DNA from: Candidatus Poribacteria bacterium
Lineage (GTDB): Bacteria; Poribacteria; WGA-4E; WGA-3G
Assembly: GCA_965242965.1 (NCBI GenBank)
Contig: OZ251518.1
Location: forward strand, 2,080,001 to 2,144,000
Direction of reading: 5' to 3'
Length of the DNA stretch: 64,000 nucleotides
Part shown: positions 19,545 through 28,715 of the stretch, piece by piece
Layout of the letters: every line of letters starts with the position of its first letter
How positions within the stretch are numbered: the first letter of the stretch is position 1
Made by a program: the position numbers and the translations under genes
The notes under the pieces: generated by a model
Told to the model about the DNA's origin: nothing
The model's database searches: none
What the model saw: the letters and a program-made list of their open reading frames with translations, nothing else

Positions 19545-20062
19545 CGGTGTTTCATATTTCGATGCGTTCGGTAGGAGAGACCTCGGGGCTCGATTTCCGG
19601 TAGGAGAGACCTCCTGGTCTCGATGTTCCCGTAGCGCGGGGGCCTGTCCGCCGCGAGCTCCATCGTCAAGAGGGGCGTTTTAGGTCCTTTAGGTCCTACA
19701 TGTCTATAGATACACGTGTCGTCCCATTTTCAAGGTCCTTTAGGTCCTTAATAAAAAACACGCGCGGACATGGCAAAATCTATTAAGGACCTAAAGGACC
19801 TTAGGGTTCTTCGCAGGTGGCGTGCTATAGACATTAAGGTCCTACGGACCTAAGAGACGTTTTTTCATCGTAGTGCGGGGGCCTGTCCCCCGCGAGCGTT
19901 GGATTGCGCGTGTACGAACGATGGCGAGGGGAACCCGCTCGCATGCGCGTGTGGAAACCTGCGAGGGCCCAAGCCCTACAATGAAGGGGGCTTTCTGCCG
20001 CCGCGGCCCCGGGGGCGCGCCGCCCTATTGCATCGAGACCAGGAGGTCTCTCCTACCGGGGG
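19545..20062. repeat. REP mosaic with four-box palindrome (19680-19853)
   Basis: Starts ggtgtttcata; GTAGGAGAGACC and GTAGCGCGGGG hairpins. Confidence 0.85.
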
Positions 20063-20150
20063 AAACGGAATCGCTCGGGGTGTCACGAAACCATTTTTAC
20101 TCGGATATGACTCGCTCCTACAACTAATGACGAGAACTTTGAAAAACGAT

Positions 20151-21164
20151 ATGTCAACAACACAAACGCAGACTGCACTTGAAGCCGCCGATTTCCTGAA
20201 AACGGCGCGAGAAAAAATCTTAACCGAACTCAAAAAGCGCATCGTCGGGCAGGATGAAGTAATCGATCAGCTCCTCATCGCGCTCTTTTCACAGGGGCAC
20301 TGCCTGCTCGTCGGGGTGCCGGGACTCGCCAAGACACTGCTTATCAGCACCTTTGCGGACATCCTCGATTTGCCGTTCAACCGTATTCAGTTCACGCCTG
20401 ATCTGATGCCTTCGGACATCATCGGCACCGATATTATTGAGGAAGAGGTGGATACGGGCAAACGCGCCTTCCGCTTTATCAAGGGCCCCGTTTTCGCCAA
20501 CATCGTCCTCGCCGATGAGATTAACCGCACGCCGCCGAAAACGCAAGCCGCCCTGCTACAAGCGATGCAAGAATATAAAGTCACGGCGGGCGGCAATACC
20601 TACGCGTTAGAATTGCCGTTCTTCGTGCTAGCCACGCAAAACCCGATCGAACAGGAAGGCACCTACCCCCTACCCGAAGCGCAACTCGACCGGTTTATGT
20701 TCAACATCTACATTGACTACCCCGACAAGGCAGAGGAAAAAGAGATTGTGATGACAACCACCTCCGCTTACGAGGCAAACGTCAAACCGGTAATTACGGG
20801 TGAGGAAGTCTTGCAGTTGCAACAACTCGTCCGGAAGGTGCCTATTGCCGAAGCGATGGTGGATTACGCCGTGGAATTAAGCCTAAACACGCGGCCAACG
20901 CAGCCGAATGCCCCCGATTTTATTAACGATTGGGTGAATTGGGGCGCGGGCCCGCGGGCCTCGCAGTATCTTGTGCTCGGTGCCAAGGCGCGAGCCATTA
21001 TGCACGGCCGCTATCATGTCGCTTACGAAGACATCAAAGCGGTGGCAAAGCCTGTCTTCCGACACCGAATCTTGACGAACTTCAACGCCGAAGCGGACGG
21101 AATCACGAGTCTGGATATTATTGACAGGCTGTTGGAGCAGGTTCCGCCGCCGGAGGTTACGTAA
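20151..21164 (+). CDS. MoxR family AAA+ ATPase
   Basis: GVPGLAKT, RIQFTPDLMPSDI, LADEINR, ATQNPIEQEGTYPLPEAQLDRF. The ORF-track N-terminal extension is translated repeat. Confidence 0.95.
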   Translation: MSTTQTQTALEAADFLKTAREKILTELKKRIVGQDEVIDQLLIALFSQGHCLLVGVPGLAKTLLISTFADILDLPFNRIQFTPDLMPSDIIGTDIIEEEVDTGKRAFRFIKGPVFANIVLADEINRTPPKTQAALLQAMQEYKVTAGGNTYALELPFFVLATQNPIEQEGTYPLPEAQLDRFMFNIYIDYPDKAEEKEIVMTTTSAYEANVKPVITGEEVLQLQQLVRKVPIAEAMVDYAVELSLNTRPTQPNAPDFINDWVNWGAGPRASQYLVLGAKARAIMHGRYHVAYEDIKAVAKPVFRHRILTNFNAEADGITSLDIIDRLLEQVPPPEVT

Positions 21165-21166
21165 CT

Positions 21167-22677
21167 ATGAGAAATGCACTTTACTTCGGTGATAACCTCA
21201 AGGTGATGCGCGAGATGCAAACCGCGCGCTATCACACCTGTTACCTCGATCCGCCTTACAACAGCGGCCGCAACTATAACATCTTCCTCGCCGGTTCAAA
21301 AGCGCAACGCAAGGCGTTTGATGACATCTGGCGATGGGACGACGCGGCGCGCGAAAATCAGGCATCTGTCCTTCACTACGATGGACGGCACCCTGAACTC
21401 GTCAAAACTATGGGCAATTTGTCAGACTGTTTAACGGGTTTTGACAAAATTTTGAAGGGGGGGGGTATAAGGGCAAAAACGCGGACTCGATGCGTGCCTA
21501 CCTCGCCTTCATGGCACCGCGCCTCGCAGAGATTTGGCGTTTACTAGCACCGGATGGGAGTGTGTATCTGCACTGCGACCCGCATGCAAGTCACTATCTG
21601 AAGGTAATAATGGATACGATTTTCGGCGCGGCGAATTTTCGGAACGAAATTATCTGGTGTTATACGGGACCGAGTAATACGAAGCGTTGGTTTCCGCGGA
21701 AACACGATATCCTGCTTTTTTACGCGAAGGGAAAAGCAAGCACCTTCAATTGCGACGAGGTCCGCGTGCCTTACAGCGATACCTTCGTGGCGCGCAGGAA
21801 ATATGCTGAGGGCGAAAGCGGAGTCACCGCCGGGTATTCCGATGGCAGAGATGATGCAGAGGTAAGCGCATCTTTCGGGAAAGGCAAAGTCATTGAGGAT
21901 TATTGGACAGATATTCCGGCTGGCGGACAAATCTCCAAGCACGAGCGCCTAGGCTATCCGACGCAAAAGCCGCTCGCGCTCTTGGAACGCATCATTAAAG
22001 CCTCTTCTAACCCCGGCGACATCATCTTCGATCCGTTTTGTGGCTGCGGCACGGCGTTAGATGCCGCGCATGGACTTGGCAGGCACTGGGTGGGCATCGA
22101 TCTCACTGTCCTCGCTTTGGAACCGATGGAACGGCGGCTGCGCGAACGTCACGGACTTGCCCCCAAAGTCGATTCTGACATTGAGGGATACCCGACGACG
22201 TGTCAGGATGCCATTCTCCTCGCCGAGCAGAATCCGCACGATTTTGCAAACTGGGCCGTCACGCGATTGGGACTTTCTCCGACAGCGAACAGCAACGATG
22301 GCGGGTTTGATGGCACAGGGAAGGTGCTCCTTTGGGAAAACAGCCGCGCGGCGATGCAGCTGCCGGTTATCGCCGAGGTGAAATCGGGGAGGAGTCTGAA
22401 CCTGAATCAGGTGCGCGCCTTTCGCACGGCGATGCAGGACGCGAACGCCGCCATGGGTATTTTCATTACGCTGCACCCTGTCACGCGCGGGATGCGCAAT
22501 CTCGCCGAAGCAGAAGGGACAATTGAGCATAATGGGAAAAGATACCCGCGTTTGCAATTCTGGCAGGTAACGGATGCCTATTTTTCGGATGGGCTTATTC
22601 CGGTGAAGTTGCCGTGGCAGGTAGATGAGCGTCCGAAGGCGGCGCGGCATTATGGCGGGCAGCAGACATATCTCTGA
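21167..22677 (+). pseudogene. DNA methyltransferase fused to an Mrr-like endonuclease, frameshifted at a G9 tract (21457-21465)
   Basis: ORF1 has YLDPPYNS. ORF2 has GYPTQKP, DPFCGCGT and DGGFDG..EVKSG..GIFIT. One extra G joins the two frames. Confidence 0.85.
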
Positions 22678-22704
22678 GAGGCCCTCTGCAGAAACGATTC
22701 CGTT

Positions 22705-23050
22705 TCCCCCGTAGGAGAGACCTCCCAGTCTCGATTTCCCCCAGTAGGAGAGACCTCCCGGTCTCGATGCAAACGATGTCCCGTGTAGGAGAGACCTCCT
22801 GGTCTTGATTTCGTCCGCGCAATCCAACGCTCACGGGGGAAACCCGCTCGGATGCGCGGATGGCATCCGAGGGCCCCCGCGCTACGGTGAACAAAACGCC
22901 GCCCTTCACGTAGGGCGAGGGCCTGTCCCTCGCCATCGTTTTGCTGCCAGACCCCTTCACCCCTGTAGGTCAGGATCGCCTGATCCTGACCTGTTTGTGA
23001 TCAGGCGATCACAAACTACAGAGGGGGAAACACATCGTTCCCGCTACGGT
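22705..23050. repeat. REP mosaic
   Basis: Three GTAGGAGAGACC copies, GTAGGGCGAGGG and GTAGGTCAGGATC hairpins. Confidence 0.85.
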
Positions 23051-23069
23051 TGTGACGGTGGATTTAGCA

Positions 23070-23939
23070 TCAGCGTCCCAGGTCCATTTCATAACGGAAA
23101 GTGATACCGGGCAAACTCAGCATCTCATCTAAATTCGGCATCTGTTCGAGACCTAAGAGCTGCTCCAGCAACGATGCTTTTTTCTCTTTGCGCACAATCC
23201 TGGGCGTTCCCTCAATGCCGGCGAGTTCTGCGGCGACTTCAATGGCATCGGGAAGGTTGCCGAGTCTGTCCAAGAGTTTCAAATCTAGTGCTTGCTTCCC
23301 GGTGAAAATGCGTCCATCGGCGATGGTGACGACTTCATCGCGCGTTAAATGCATGCTTCGTGCAGTGAAGATAGTGTCAACAAACTGATTGTAGACATCG
23401 TCCACCGTGCCTTGCAACACTGCACGTTCTTCTTCCGTCATCTCGCGAAAAGAGGAGCCAGTGTCCTTAAACGTGCCGCTCTTAATCACTTCGTGTTCCA
23501 ATCCGACTTTGTCGTATAACCCCTTCATCCGTATAAACTGCATAATCACGCCGATACTGCCGGTGAGTGTGCCAGGGTTCGCGACGATGGTATTCGCCGC
23601 GCAGGCGAGGTAGTAACCGCCCGATGCCGCCGTGCCGCCCATTGAGGCGACAATCGGCTTGTCTAACTTCTCCAATTCGGCGTAAATCTCTTGCACGGGA
23701 GCAACGCTGCCGCCGGGGGAATCAATTCGGAGGACAAGTGCCTTGATACTCGGGTCATCGCGGTAGGCATGGATGAGTTTAATCGTCGCATCCGAACGCG
23801 AGATAATGCCGTCAATGTCTAGCACCGCCACCTTCTCGCCAATCGGCGCGCCGCCTATCATGGAACGGAAAATTATCACGAAGAAAAATAGCCCGATGAT
23901 AACGCCTAAGATGATAAAAGTTCGTTGTTTCTTTGTCAT
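23070..23939 (-). CDS. sppA: Signal peptide peptidase SppA (36K type)
   Basis: RIDSPGG, AASGGYY, TGSIGV, DGRIFTG motifs. Confidence 0.95.
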   Translation of the reverse strand: MTKKQRTFIILGVIIGLFFFVIIFRSMIGGAPIGEKVAVLDIDGIISRSDATIKLIHAYRDDPSIKALVLRIDSPGGSVAPVQEIYAELEKLDKPIVASMGGTAASGGYYLACAANTIVANPGTLTGSIGVIMQFIRMKGLYDKVGLEHEVIKSGTFKDTGSSFREMTEEERAVLQGTVDDVYNQFVDTIFTARSMHLTRDEVVTIADGRIFTGKQALDLKLLDRLGNLPDAIEVAAELAGIEGTPRIVRKEKKASLLEQLLGLEQMPNLDEMLSLPGITFRYEMDLGR

Positions 23940-24020
23940 TTTTGTTTTTCCTATCAGATGAACGCAGTCCGGGCTGATTCTGGGAGAACCGCGCACGGAA
24001 ATCCACCCTTACAATTGCTG

Positions 24021-24683
24021 CTACCGGCCGAAAAGGACTGTCCAAAACGTTTTTAACAGCCACCCCAGATCAGCGGTGAGGCTATGTGTTGCGACATAGC
24101 GAAGATCCAAGGCGAGTTTCTGCGGCATCAATTCCGTGATGTAGTAGTGCTCCGGATTTGCGCGCGCCTTGAGTTTCTCTTCCTCATGCCGATTGGCAAG
24201 CTGCGAGGGCCCTGTCATCCCCGGCTTCACCTGAAGCACCTGTTTTTGCGCTGCCGTGTAGTGTTGAACGTAGATAGGTGCCTCCGGACGCGGTCCGACT
24301 AGGCTCATCTCTCCTCTGATGACGTTGATTAAGTTCGGCAGTTCGTCCAACTTCGTCCATCTTAACAACCTGCCGATGCGCGTGATGCGCGTATCCCGAT
24401 AGGTAGTCAGACTGCATCCGATTTTGTCGGCGTTCACCACCATCGTTCTGAACTTATACATCTCAAAAAGCACCTCGTCCTTTCCGACCCGTTTCGCTTT
24501 GTAAAACACGGGCCCGGCGGATTGCATTTTCGCCAGCACACACCCAAGTAGAAAGAATGGTGACAGCAGCACGAACCCGATTGTCCCGAAAAGGATATCA
24601 AACGCACGTTTTTGCCGGATTTGGCCTCGCGACAGGGAGGGTTTGCCTATTAGAAGATGGATTCCGTTCTGAACGTCTGGCAT
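24021..24683 (-). CDS. Bacterial sugar (phosphoglycosyl) transferase
   Basis: KRAFD, YKFRTM, LDELP, GEMSLVGPRPE, KPGMTG motifs. Confidence 0.95.
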   Translation of the reverse strand: MPDVQNGIHLLIGKPSLSRGQIRQKRAFDILFGTIGFVLLSPFFLLGCVLAKMQSAGPVFYKAKRVGKDEVLFEMYKFRTMVVNADKIGCSLTTYRDTRITRIGRLLRWTKLDELPNLINVIRGEMSLVGPRPEAPIYVQHYTAAQKQVLQVKPGMTGPSQLANRHEEEKLKARANPEHYYITELMPQKLALDLRYVATHSLTADLGWLLKTFWTVLFGR

Positions 24684-24737
24684 GCCTATTATCCGAAAGT
24701 TAAGAAAAGGTAGAATCGTGAGAGGCTTAATGTCTGT

Positions 24738-26687
24738 CTATAGAGACGCTCTCATTTCCCTGCTCTCTTCCTCAGCGTCGGCGCGCTTTTCCGTGGGGAA
24801 CTGAATAATTTCAGACGCGCTGCTTCCATCGTCTTCCTTCTGGAACGCGCGGTTTGGTTCGTAAGTCGGAACGAGTGCTTGGAACTTGTCGACAATCCCC
24901 TCCGTATCCAACGCATCGGCGAGTTGCGAGAGTTCGTCGATGCCGGTGAGCAGTTGGTGTTCCTCAATTTTTTCCAGTTGCGCGACGAAGATGCGTTGAT
25001 GCTTCGTCGCCGTCACCCCTTCCTGGGGTGTGAGCAATTCTTCATACAATTTTTCGCCCGGTTCTAACCCGGTGAAAGCGATTTTGATGTCCCTGTCTAC
25101 TTCAAGTCCGGATAGGCGAATCAGGTCTTGCGCAAGATCGAGGATTTTAATCGGTTCGCCCATGTCTAACATCAGGATTTCGCCGCCGTTGCCCATGGCA
25201 CCGGCTTGTATGAGCAGTTGGACCGCTTCCGGAATCGTCATGAAGTAGCGCGTCGCCTCCCGATGCGTGACAGTAACGGGCCCGCCTTTCGCAATCTGCC
25301 GTTTGAAATTCGGTAGCACACTCGCCCGGCTGCCGATGACGTTGCCGAACCGCACTGCAATGAACCGCGTGCCGTTCAGTCGCGCCTTACACTGAATCAG
25401 TTTTTCGGTGACACGTTTGGAGGCACCGTAGACGCTCGTCGGGTTCACGGCTTTATCGGATGAGACGAGGATGAACGCCTCAACGTGGTGTTTTATCGCC
25501 GCGTCAATCAGGTTCTGCGTGCCGAGGATGTTATTCTTCACCGCCTCATCAGGGTGATTCTCCATGAACTTAACATGCTTGTGCGCGGCGGCATGGAAGA
25601 TAATATGGGGCCGGTATTTTTGGATAATCTGCGAAACCTTTGAGTTGTCGCGAATGTCCCCGATAATAACAGCACGGTTGAGTGCCGGTTCAGATTCACG
25701 GAGCTCTATATCTGTATGGTAGAGGCTATTCTCGCCACGTCCAAAGAGCATGAGGAGCTCGGGCTCCAGTTTGGCTACTTGGCGACAGAGTTCGGAGCCT
25801 ATCGAACCGCCCGCGCCGGTTACCATCACACGTTTGCCAGAGAGGTATTTCGATACCTCAGCGATGTCCATCTGCGAGGTAGAACGGTTCAGCAAATCTT
25901 CAAACCGCACTTCTCGGATGTGGTTGATACTGGCGCGTCCCTCAAGAATGGCGTGAATATTCGGCACGATGCGAAACTGACAGCCGCGGTATTCGCACTG
26001 GCGGATGATGTCCCGAATTTTTCCACCGGGCGCGGACGGAATAGCGATGACGACTTCCTGTATCTCGCGCTTCCGGGCAATGTAGGTTAAGTCACGCGTC
26101 GTCCCAAGCACTTCCAATCCGGCGATGCTTTTGCCAACCTTCCGGGCATTATCGTCAATGAAACCTACGGGGAGGTATCCCTTCGCCGGGTGTTCGCGTA
26201 GCGCGCGAAGCACACTGATGCCTGTCGCCCCGGCTCCAACGATGAGAACTTTGGTGTGCGGTTTTCGCGCACTCTCCTTGCGCGGTTTGCGCTTGTCCCG
26301 CGGTTTGCCACTCTCTACAATTTGAAAGGAGAACTTGGCAAAACCGAGCATCGCGAAGTTATAGAGCCCATCAATAAGAAAAGGCATCCATGCGAAGTTC
26401 AGCAGCAAGGCGAATGCGATAAGCAAGGCAGTTGCAATGCTAATTGCGCCGGCTAACGCACGAAACTCCTGCACAGCGGCATACCGCCACATCGGTTTGT
26501 AGAGGTTAAAGCCGAGCAGCAGGCTGACGCGGACTATCGTCACAACAGCTGCGAGGGTGACGTACGTCACGTCTGCAGGGAAGCGCGCGAGGAGTTGCAA
26601 CGGTGGCGCGGGTTGGGCTAACAGATTGGCGCCCAATTGCCGACACGTATAATAGGCCAATAGAAACGCTAGATTCACGAGGAGCAC
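24738..26687 (-). CDS. CapD/PglF-like membrane-bound UDP-GlcNAc dehydratase (start uncertain)
   Basis: TGAGGSIGSE, HAAAHKHV, SSDKAVNP, VRFGNVIGSR, GEKLYEEL motifs. Confidence 0.93.
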   Translation of the reverse strand: MLLVNLAFLLAYYTCRQLGANLLAQPAPPLQLLARFPADVTYVTLAAVVTIVRVSLLLGFNLYKPMWRYAAVQEFRALAGAISIATALLIAFALLLNFAWMPFLIDGLYNFAMLGFAKFSFQIVESGKPRDKRKPRKESARKPHTKVLIVGAGATGISVLRALREHPAKGYLPVGFIDDNARKVGKSIAGLEVLGTTRDLTYIARKREIQEVVIAIPSAPGGKIRDIIRQCEYRGCQFRIVPNIHAILEGRASINHIREVRFEDLLNRSTSQMDIAEVSKYLSGKRVMVTGAGGSIGSELCRQVAKLEPELLMLFGRGENSLYHTDIELRESEPALNRAVIIGDIRDNSKVSQIIQKYRPHIIFHAAAHKHVKFMENHPDEAVKNNILGTQNLIDAAIKHHVEAFILVSSDKAVNPTSVYGASKRVTEKLIQCKARLNGTRFIAVRFGNVIGSRASVLPNFKRQIAKGGPVTVTHREATRYFMTIPEAVQLLIQAGAMGNGGEILMLDMGEPIKILDLAQDLIRLSGLEVDRDIKIAFTGLEPGEKLYEELLTPQEGVTATKHQRIFVAQLEKIEEHQLLTGIDELSQLADALDTEGIVDKFQALVPTYEPNRAFQKEDDGSSASEIIQFPTEKRADAEEESREMRASL

Positions 26688-26857
26688 ATCAAGAACGATG
26701 GATGAGCTCCATTTTAGTTTTGACTTCTGTATTTTGGGCCTCCAATTTGCTTGCCATAAACAGGCCGGGGTTTTCCAACGGCACTGTTATCGGGCATGTT
26801 CTTCGTTAATTACACCGAATTCATCTCTATAATGCGGACAGGTCTCAATAGTGATGT

Positions 26858-27160
26858 CCCCTGTAGGAGAGACCTCCTGGTCTCGATGCAATAGGGCGGC
26901 GCGCCTACCGGGGCAGCGACGGCAGAACCCCCTCTTCATCGTAGGGCGAGGGCCTGTCCCTCGCCACGCCTCGCGCTACGGAAAAAACGTCTCTTGTTCT
27001 CTTCAGTCCGTAGGACCTAAAACGCCACCTCTTAACGATGGAGATCGCGGGGGAAACCCTCTCGGATGCGCGTATGGCATCCGAGGGCCCCCGCGCTACG
27101 GGAACATCGAGCCCCGAGGTCTCGCCTACCGAACGCATCGAAATATGAAACACCCTCAAC
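26858..27160. repeat. REP mosaic ending in tatgaaacaccctca
   Basis: Same hairpin families as the other clusters. Confidence 0.85.
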
Positions 27161-27166
27161 TTAGTA

Positions 27167-28354
27167 TTACAGCGATGTCGCGCCAGCATAGACGTTTTCT
27201 AGACGTTCGCCGATGGCATGCCAACTATAGGTAGTCTCCACCCGTTTTCTGCCGGCTTGCGCGAGCGTCTCGCGCCGCTCGCGGTTATCCACGAGTTGCA
27301 TCACCTGCGCTGCGAAGGGGGCAGGCGTATCCGCCACGAGTAACTCGGTGCCAATATCTGCCGCCAGTCCCATTGCGCCGACAGCACTCGTCACGACAGG
27401 CACTCCCATCGCCATTGCTTCTAAATTTTTGGTTTGGATGCCAGAACCGGCCCGCATCGGCGATACAAAAACCGATGCCTTCTCAAAATACGGACGGACA
27501 TCTGGCACGGAGCCGGTAACCACGACTCCCGTCTGTGCAGCGAGTCGCTGCACTTGCTCCGTCGGTTCTCTCCCAACGATAGTAAAAGTCGCGTTTGGAT
27601 GCTGTTCCCGGATGCGCGGAAAAATCTCCCTGCAGAAGTAAAGCACCGCGTCTACGTTCGGGAAATAGTTCATCGTCCCAGTAAACAGCAAGTTCGCAGG
27701 TGCGCGCTCGCAAGCAGGTTCTCGCGAAAAATACGCCAAATCCACCCCCATCGGGACAACGGATAAATTCAGGCTGCTGTCCTGCTGCAGCAGGTAATCC
27801 CTGTCAAAATCAGCGACGACGGTACCGCAATCAAACGCCTTCATGATGTCGACTTCATATCGGCGCACTCGTTTTTCCTCTAATTTTACCAAAAATCGTT
27901 TTGGTGTGCAATCAAAATCTGCACGTCGGTTGAGATTCAGTGCCAATGAATCGCATAAATCTAACACTTTCGTCGGCACTCGCGCCTCTGTTACGTATTG
28001 TCCCATCCGAAACAACTGCGCGTGGATGAGCTCAAACCGTTCTGCCGCGAGGAGTTCGTTAATCGTCCGCTGCATGTGCCGCGAATACCAATAATGCACC
28101 TGCAGCGGATGCCGCGAAAGGCAGTGGACAGCCGTATTGAGCAAGGCGAAGGAACGTTGGAACGGCACATACGCCACCTGCTCACAGTAAGTCTGCAGAT
28201 GCTTCGCCGATGCGATGTCTGCCTCTGACGCGGCGAAGTAGACAAGCGTCACCGAGTGCCGCTGCGCGAGGTGCTTAATGAAATGGTATGAGCGGATGCA
28301 GTCTCCCCGATGCGGCGGATACGGACATCGCAGACTTAAAAATAAGATTTTCAT
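27167..28354 (-). CDS. GT4 glycosyltransferase (TIGR03087-like)
   Basis: PYPPHRGD..R, FTGTMNYFPNVDA, GIQTKNLEAMAMG motifs. Confidence 0.9.
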   Translation of the reverse strand: MKILFLSLRCPYPPHRGDCIRSYHFIKHLAQRHSVTLVYFAASEADIASAKHLQTYCEQVAYVPFQRSFALLNTAVHCLSRHPLQVHYWYSRHMQRTINELLAAERFELIHAQLFRMGQYVTEARVPTKVLDLCDSLALNLNRRADFDCTPKRFLVKLEEKRVRRYEVDIMKAFDCGTVVADFDRDYLLQQDSSLNLSVVPMGVDLAYFSREPACERAPANLLFTGTMNYFPNVDAVLYFCREIFPRIREQHPNATFTIVGREPTEQVQRLAAQTGVVVTGSVPDVRPYFEKASVFVSPMRAGSGIQTKNLEAMAMGVPVVTSAVGAMGLAADIGTELLVADTPAPFAAQVMQLVDNRERRETLAQAGRKRVETTYSWHAIGERLENVYAGATSL

Positions 28355-28383
28355 TGCATCAGCAGATTCATTACGCGCTCGGA

Positions 28384-28605
28384 TTAAGCCGGTAATTCCG
28401 CCTCATTGATAAGCATCACCGGAATGCCATTGCGGATGGGATAGCGACGCTGGCACTCCCCTTGACACACTAACTTTTCTTCGGATGGTTCGTGCACTAT
28501 CTCGCCTTTGCACGCGGGGCACGCCAAAATCTCAAGCAAGGTTTGTGAGAGTCCGCGCGAGTTTTGTGCATTCAAATGTTCGTCGTTCGCGTTGTTTTTT
28601 TGCAT
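28384..28605 (-). CDS. Trm112/YcaR family protein
   Basis: LLEILACPACKG..YPIRNGIPVML; AGGAG RBS. Confidence 0.92.
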   Translation of the reverse strand: MQKNNANDEHLNAQNSRGLSQTLLEILACPACKGEIVHEPSEEKLVCQGECQRRYPIRNGIPVMLINEAELPA

Positions 28606-28622
28606 AAGGTTCTCCTACGTCA

Positions 28623-28679
28623 GCCATCATCGTCATCATCGCCATCATCGTCACCATCGTCATCATCGTCATCATCACC
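28623..28679. repeat. Imperfect 9-bp tandem repeat (catcatcgt) x~6
   Basis: Read directly between the secA stop and the Trm112 RBS. Confidence 0.9.
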
Positions 28680-28715
28680 GTGGTTGATACCTCGGTTTTT
28701 AAGGCGATGAAAGAA

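Noticed and set aside
19899-20150. Long N-terminal extensions of MoxR (also pgk 47946-48158 and DUF262-2 55644-55832)
   Set aside because: They arise from open frames through repeats or the upstream gene; homology begins at downstream start codons.
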